DNA of 64,000 nt from Octopus vulgaris (taxonomy: Eukaryota): the NCBI GenBank assembly GCA_951406725.2, contig OX597815.1, forward strand, positions 84,072,001 through 84,136,000. The letters run 5' to 3'. Every line of letters starts with the position of its first letter. Position 1 is the first letter of the stretch. This document shows, piece by piece, positions 57,678 to 64,000 of the stretch. Made by a program: the position numbers and the translations under genes. Below the pieces are notes generated by a model, which was not told the DNA's origin, made no database searches, and saw nothing but the letters and a program-made list of their open reading frames with translations.

Positions 57678-59353
57678 TTTCTTCTTTCAAATTTGCTTCC
57701 ATTTCTTGCCGAGTGTCTTCCCGACTCCTAGGGCAAAGAAACTCATAGTATACATTGGTAGGCCATTAAACTAAACTCAATAGTTCGTTCATTTTTTTTT
57801 AAAGTTAAATTAAAATACATGGGTAGTAATAGTTCTCACATCGACAATGCTCTTCTCAATGCGTGTGATGTACCAGTTAAGACAATCTTTTGCAATTCTT
57901 GCAGGGATGGTAAGCCAGGGATCATTCTCATATAATTTTCGGTTCCCTTCTTGATCATTCCTAGTGCTCCTACGATCACTGGTATTGTAACCGCCTTGAG
58001 ATGCCACATTTTCTCAATTTCAAGGAGCAGGTCTTTATATTTTCTGAGCTTGTCAAACTCTTTCGCCGAGATATTATGATCACAGGGAATGCTCATGTCG
58101 ATCAATAAGCAAAATTTATTGTTTTGGTCTTTCACAACAATATCTGGTTTATTGGCTTTGATGGTTCGGTCTGTATGTAGTGGAAAGTCCCACAGAATCG
58201 TTACATTCTCTCCTTCAGTTACAGCTTCAGGGTGGTGATTATACCACTTGTCGGCAGTTTTGATATTGTAATGCCGACTTATTAGCCAGTGTAGATATTG
58301 GCTAACTCTGTCATGTCTTAATTTATACTCCACTGGTGCTAAGACTTTACATCCAGAGATTAGGTGGTCCACTGTTTCAATCATGTCGTTGCAGAATCGG
58401 CATTTTGGGTCTGCTCCATTTTTCATCACATTGTCCTGGTAGTTCCGGGTTAATAGGCTTTGATCTTGAGCAGCCAGGATGAAACCTTCACTCTCTGCTT
58501 TTAGCCCTGAGCTCCGTAGCCACTGATGGGTTTGCTTCTGGTCTACATCAGCTTGTTTGCTACGGGCCACATATTTGCTATACAGAGGTTTCTCCTCCCA
58601 CCTATCAGCCAATTGCTCGTACCCTTTTTTCGTTGCCATTATTTTCACCTTCTTTGCAACAATAGTTGCCGTACTTCCCTCGGGTTGTTCAGTTTGGGTA
58701 TCCCGCACGAGATCAATAGCAAATCTTTTGCTTTCCTTTATGATAGAATGAAGCTTCTTTCGTCTCTCGTGATTTTCCACGAGCATCCAGTCATTCGTTA
58801 TTTCAAGATATTTCGCCAGTCCAATTGTGGTTGTTTTGTAAGCTAGTTCAAATTGGATCAGGCCTCGACCTCCTTCGGCTCTGGGAAGGTAAAGGCGATC
58901 TACGTCTGCCTTTGGGTGGTGCATCCTATTACAACTCAGCAGCTTGCGTATTTTCCTATCTATATTCTTTACTTCACTCATATTCCAGTTCAACACATTG
59001 TAGCTATTAGTAACAACTGGAACTGCTAAGAAATTTATAGTTAACACCTTGTTACGTGCATTTAGTTCAGATTTCAGGACTGCACGAACTCTCCTATAAC
59101 ATTCCTTCCTGATGCTCTCTTTCATGCTTGCATGCTGAATACCAGAGCCTTCATTTATCCCTAAATAGTTGTATGTTTGTTCTTACTCAAGCTCTCTTAT
59201 GACTGTGTCAACATCTAACACGACTGAATTTGTGGTCTTCACTTTCCCCTTCTGGAAAGTGGCCTTGGCACACTTCTCAAGCCCAAACTCCATCCCGATG
59301 TCATCGCTGAATGCTTTCACAGTGCGCAATATGCCTTCAAGTTCATTATCGTC

Positions 59354-59355
<2 letters not shown>
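57678..59355 (-). mobile_element. Young R4/Dong family-E LINE, second 5'-truncated copy
   Basis: ORF 57836..59125 (429 aa) is nearly identical to the 54373 copy. CAA>TAA nonsense change near 59185. Truncated just downstream of YMDD. Confidence 0.96.
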
Positions 59356-59428
<73 letters not shown>

Positions 59429-59512
59429 TAGTATTATTATTATTATTATTATTAGTAGTAGTGGTGGTGGTGGTGGTGGTGGTAGTAGTAGTAGTGGTGG
59501 TGGTGGTGGTGT

Positions 59513-59551
<39 letters not shown>

Positions 59552-59600
59552 ACACTCTTGTTGTCCCTCCTAAAGTAGTAGTAGTATCATAAATATTATT

Positions 59601-59702
<102 letters not shown>

Positions 59703-59708
59703 ATTATT

Positions 59709-59787
59709 GAGCTGGCAGAATCGTTAGCACGCCGGGCGAAATGCTTAGCGGTATTTCCTCTGTCGCTGCATTCTGAGTTCAAATTCC
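59709..59787 (+). mobile_element. SINE family S1 head only
   Basis: gagctggcagaatcgttagcacgccgggcgaaatgcttagcggtattt...ctgagttcaaattcc. Confidence 0.75.
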
Positions 59788-60815
59788 TAGGGTATGTGAA
59801 GACTAAGAGATGTTACAGTATGACTGAAGGCTTTGGGAGGGGAAGTGGTAGAGGCAGTAGAGAAATATCTTGATGTTATACAACACAGGTAATTAAATAG
59901 ATAAGGTTTTTCTAAAGATGTGGGCAGTACTTGTCAGTGCAATCTTTTGGATTTCTCTGAGAAATGGTTCTCCTAGGATCTTATCTAGATGTTTCTGACA
60001 GTCCTTTTTCTATCATACCTAGGGCGCCTACAATATCAGTAACAGTCCTCGCTTTAAGATGCCACATATTTTGTATTTCAATTTCCAGGTCCTTGTATTT
60101 ACTTAATTTGTCAAATTCCTTTATACATATATTTTTATCAGTGGGAACACTTCCATCTATTAGTCTACAAGTATTTACTTCTCCGTTTTTAATGACTATC
60201 TCTGCTCGGTTATCACGGATCGTTCTGTCAGTGTTCATTGGAAAATCTAAGAGGATAGTGATATTTTTACCATCAACAACTAGCTTAGGATGATGTTAAT
60301 ACCGGTAAGCAGGAGCTTTGATCTTGTGCCACCGATATGAAATCTTCAGTCTTTGCTTCCAGTCCAGACATTCTCAGCCACTGATGGGTTGTTGCTCGGT
60401 CTACGTCAGCATTTCGACTTCCAAGTACATAATGTCTATGCAGCGGTTTCTGACTCCACCGCTCCTCAGTTTGTTTCTGCGCGTTCATTCTTGCAGTCTC
60501 TTTGATCCGTTTTGTTTTTCTTTGTAGCAGTGGTTTCATATTCTTCATCTAATTCAAGGTTAATGCCAAATTCCCTTGTGAATTTGCAAGCTTCCTTGAC
60601 AAGAGAATGTGAACTTTTGCTGCTTTTGCGTTCGCACACAAACCGCAGAATCCAGTCCTCTGTATTAGATAAGTTGTTTTCAATGTCATTGTTGAGTTCT
60701 ACATGCATCATTCATCTTCCCCCATTACTTCTAGGTAGGTACAGACAATCAACGTCTCCTATTGGGTGGTGCATGTTCTTAGATGTCAATGTGATCGACT
60801 TGTTCCATCCCTCAT
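59788..60815 (-). mobile_element. R4/Dong-type LINE family G fragment, decayed
   Basis: MHHPIGDVDCLYLPRSNGGR, THQWLR..GLEAKTE.FI.VAQDQS, TDRTIRDNR, ...EIQKIALTSTAHIFRKTLSI*. Confidence 0.88.
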
Positions 60816-60833
60816 AATTGTTGTTGTTGTTGC

Positions 60834-60865
<32 letters not shown>

Positions 60866-62164
60866 TTGTTGTTGTTGTTGTTGCTGTTGTTGTTGTTGCT
60901 GTTGTTGTTGTTGCTGTTGTTGTTATTATCGAAGACAGATAATTCATCGCTTCTACAATCAAGGATTAAATCATAACTATTGGCGAAGTACCCTTCTTTC
61001 AAGTAATCCTATTTTCGGTTGATGCTCTGTTCGAATATCAATCCTGATGTTTCTCTTACTTGATTCCATCTTCCTCCTGACTATACTGAGAATTAGCGAC
61101 CTCCGGCATAATTTTAACTCCTTGTTTTTTTTTTAGTTTTTTTATCTCTTACTTTTTCCCCCTCTTACAACATCAGTTTCAAGTCTTGATGTTTCTCAAG
61201 CTTTTCTTGTTTCTTCCAACGCTATTATCAGCAGGAGAATTTGGTGTGAACGATGTTTGGTCTTCTTTTCTCATATTCACTGATGAAATCCCACAACTTA
61301 ACTTTTTTCGTTTTTTTTCTCCATTGCATTGTTACCGATGTTTGTACCACTTATCGCCTCTATCCAAATTATATTTTCACAGTTTCCAAATCACAATTCA
61401 CATAATGTTTTCATGGCTCCTTATGCATTCTCTTTGTAGACGTTTATCGTATTTGCTCACTATGTATCTAATGTTTTCATTTTGTTAAAACTAATCCTAC
61501 ATATGTGTGATTCAACATTCTTATCGATGTGATATTTCGCGTATTTTATTCTAAGTCCTTTTTTTTGAGCAGCACAGATTAAGGCTTCACTTCCTACCAT
61601 TAAATCTGATTTTCCTTACTTATCCATATCGTTACTCAAATTTCTGACAAACTATCTATACATTGCTTTTCCATTCCACCATGTATTGTTTTCCTTTCCC
61701 TTATTCATTTCAAATTGCTATAATTGCAACATGTCTCTATCACACCAAAGAATTTCACACCAAACAACAACTGTCTGGACTATCATATACTGTCGAAGTT
61801 TCTTCTCTGCGCTATATACCTTCTTTGCGGCACATGAAACCTTTACTTTTCTTTTCTTGAGCAGTTAAAGTATAGCAATATAAATCTTCTGACGTATGCT
61901 TCCCTGCGCGGACTGTCTCTGCCATATATGTAAATTTACCGTAGAATCCCAGCAAAAGAAATTATTACAATGAAAATGTACTGACAACAGAAGAGATAAT
62001 GTGTACATTATTGCTATTGTTACATTTATTGGTTATACTAATATTACGATTACGGAATTTAAATATCAAGGAAATGATTATAATTATTAACTTAGTCGAA
62101 AGGGATAAAAGCAGTACCATAAAACAGCATCACCACCACCACAAACAACAACAACAATATCCCA

Positions 62165-63350
62165 TCTCATGGTAGCTAAGTGAATCAAAGCGTCTCTCTA
62201 CCTCAGGAAGCTCAGAAATAAGAGGGGCGGATACATGTTCGCAACAGACAGTGCATTGATGGTGATACAGTATTTATATAAAAGACGAGGTGGGACGTGA
62301 AATACTTGTTTTCAAAGCTAAAACAATAAACTAGAAGTGCTTCCTAGGCAGTAGGAGGAGGAATTACAGGAGATCGGACCGATGTCTGACAAGATATGAA
62401 AGCATTTACTCTAGCAGGGCATATGAAAGCAAATCCTGATGACGGAAATATAGGTAGAACAAGTATCGTTCGTTCTTCTCCACAACCTTTTGTTACAGTA
62501 CATAGGGTTCAGGAATATAGAATCTTCATTTGCTCCCCGATCGAGTTTTATCTATCATGGCTGTTATAAAATTCGTCTTTACGGCTTGTTCCTGAAAAGT
62601 TATAATTAACAGTTCGGTTTCCTGTTACAGCTTTTCATCTGGCAGCAATAACCGACGGTCTTTACTTTCACCATCCTTGGATTGTTGCATGAATTGGCCA
62701 TATAATACTTTCTCTTTCGAGTTACTTGTTCTGTTGTTCTTTCTCTTCTTGAATTTCACCACTGTTTCAATGGATTTTGGAGCATTTCTGGTCGTCGAGA
62801 GTAATCATTTCTAATTACGTACAATACCGTTCTTCTAGCCTCATGTTGCAATACTAACGGTGTCTTCTGCATTTAGTAATCATCTGCCTCCTTATTTTTT
62901 CTTCATAGGTAATATCTATCGGTATTACCTTTAGGGCGGTGCGTGTTGTACATAGTGAGGAGCTTCCTAGTTTAATAGTTCTGTCTTTATCCATTTAAAA
63001 ACATGAGCAGTGGATCTTAATATTGGTCTTGGCTCATACATTCATGGCCTAGGTAATATTCCCACCATTTAATTTCGAGTCCTACCATAAATATTCTCTT
63101 GGACATTTTGGAGACTTTCTCTCTTATCTCCCAATCCATTTTCCAATCGTCTTGCAGCACTACTGGTTACTTTTAGCCCCTCGTTATTCTGCAGCGATCT
63201 CATAATATTAACGTGTGGTAATTTTATACCAACAAACTATATTTCGGTCTCTATTCATAGCTTACTCTGCACATTTATTTATTCCAAACCATAACTCAAT
63301 ATCCCTGCTAAGCACTTTTTTCTCTTTGGATTAGGGAATATAAGCCTTCA
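62165..63350. mobile_element. Highly decayed R4/Dong-like pieces (a plus-strand piece to about 62460, then a minus-strand piece)
   Basis: Plus strand KRLSTSGS/LYLRK..RGG resembles RLYLPRxxGGRG. Minus strand contains LFRNKP-like pre-RT sequence. Weak evidence. Confidence 0.4.
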
Positions 63351-63361
63351 TTATTATTATT

Positions 63362-64000
63362 CCTTCTTTTTCTGAGTTTTCTATGTCATGCCTCAACGCC
63401 ATCCCGCAGCCTAGAAACTCAACACTTTCCTCAACATATATACTGTTCCAAGTATCGCTACAAGCTGTGTACTTCATATGAAGTTTGGTATTTGCAGATT
63501 TTCATGCCAGAACATTGTTTTCTTTGAGATGGTCACAAGTGCACCGATCGCGATAGGTATCATACAAACTTTTCAGCCTCTATGGATGTTTCATTTTCAA
63601 TGGTAGATCTTAGTACTTCTCGATTTTCTAGTTCTCTGCCCTCATAATATCCTGGTCTGCAGGTATATCTATGTTGATGAAGATCCATATTTTGGATTCT
63701 TTCCATAGGAGGGTGATAACTGATCAGTTATGTTGCAGCTCCTTCTTAGATCAGCATATCCCGTGTGCTTTCCTCTGATCATTCTCTGCTCCTAGCAAAG
63801 GTTGGTGCTCATATCACTAGTGGAGACACTCTAGCCCCTACTTCTTTCACAACTACCAGTGTATTCGCACTTTCATTTTGTCATAGCGTTTTTTGTACTT
63901 CCTTTGAGCCAGATTTTAGCATGCACTAATAATGTCTAACCGTCTCTGGTAATATTTTTACATAGTCTACACAAAATTGATACTGCTATCTTATCACTTC
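63362..64000 (-). mobile_element. R4/Dong-type LINE family H 3' part (runs off the window)
   Basis: Minus strand ETVR-HIISAC.NLAQRKYKKRYDK, IPIAIGALVTI, QLVAILGTVYMLRKVLSF*. 3' end abuts ttattattat. Confidence 0.85.

Overview
AT-rich, microsatellite-dense eukaryotic DNA. The SINE repertoire suggests an octopod cephalopod (inference, not proven). I found no intact host gene. The window is dominated by mobile DNA. (i) About 15 fragments of R4/Dong-type non-LTR retrotransposons (RT + CCHC + PD-(D/E)xK endonuclease) with at least 7 different 3' ends, nearly all sitting in (TTA)n/(TAA)n arrays and oriented according to the array. (ii) A 544-bp structured non-coding element that uses the same target. 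(iii) A decayed Chapaev3 DNA transposon that keeps both TIRs and a TAA TSD. (iv) Non-autonomous Helitrons, a Tc1/mariner MITE, CR1-type and Penelope-like fragments, and several tRNA-type SINE families. (v) A near-perfect 2.29-kb tandem duplication. (vi) A probable decayed multi-exon pseudogene on the minus strand (about 22.3-28.2 kb). The most notable observations are: complementarity between the 5' ORF region and the 3' UTR of one Dong family, with an internally deleted copy whose junction lies at the tip of that duplex; a hammerhead-bearing ~456-bp unit with a terminal direct repeat (retrozyme-like); and an exact 27-bp templated copy of a nearby LINE fragment inside a microsatellite. Most ORFs in the track are microsatellite artefacts.
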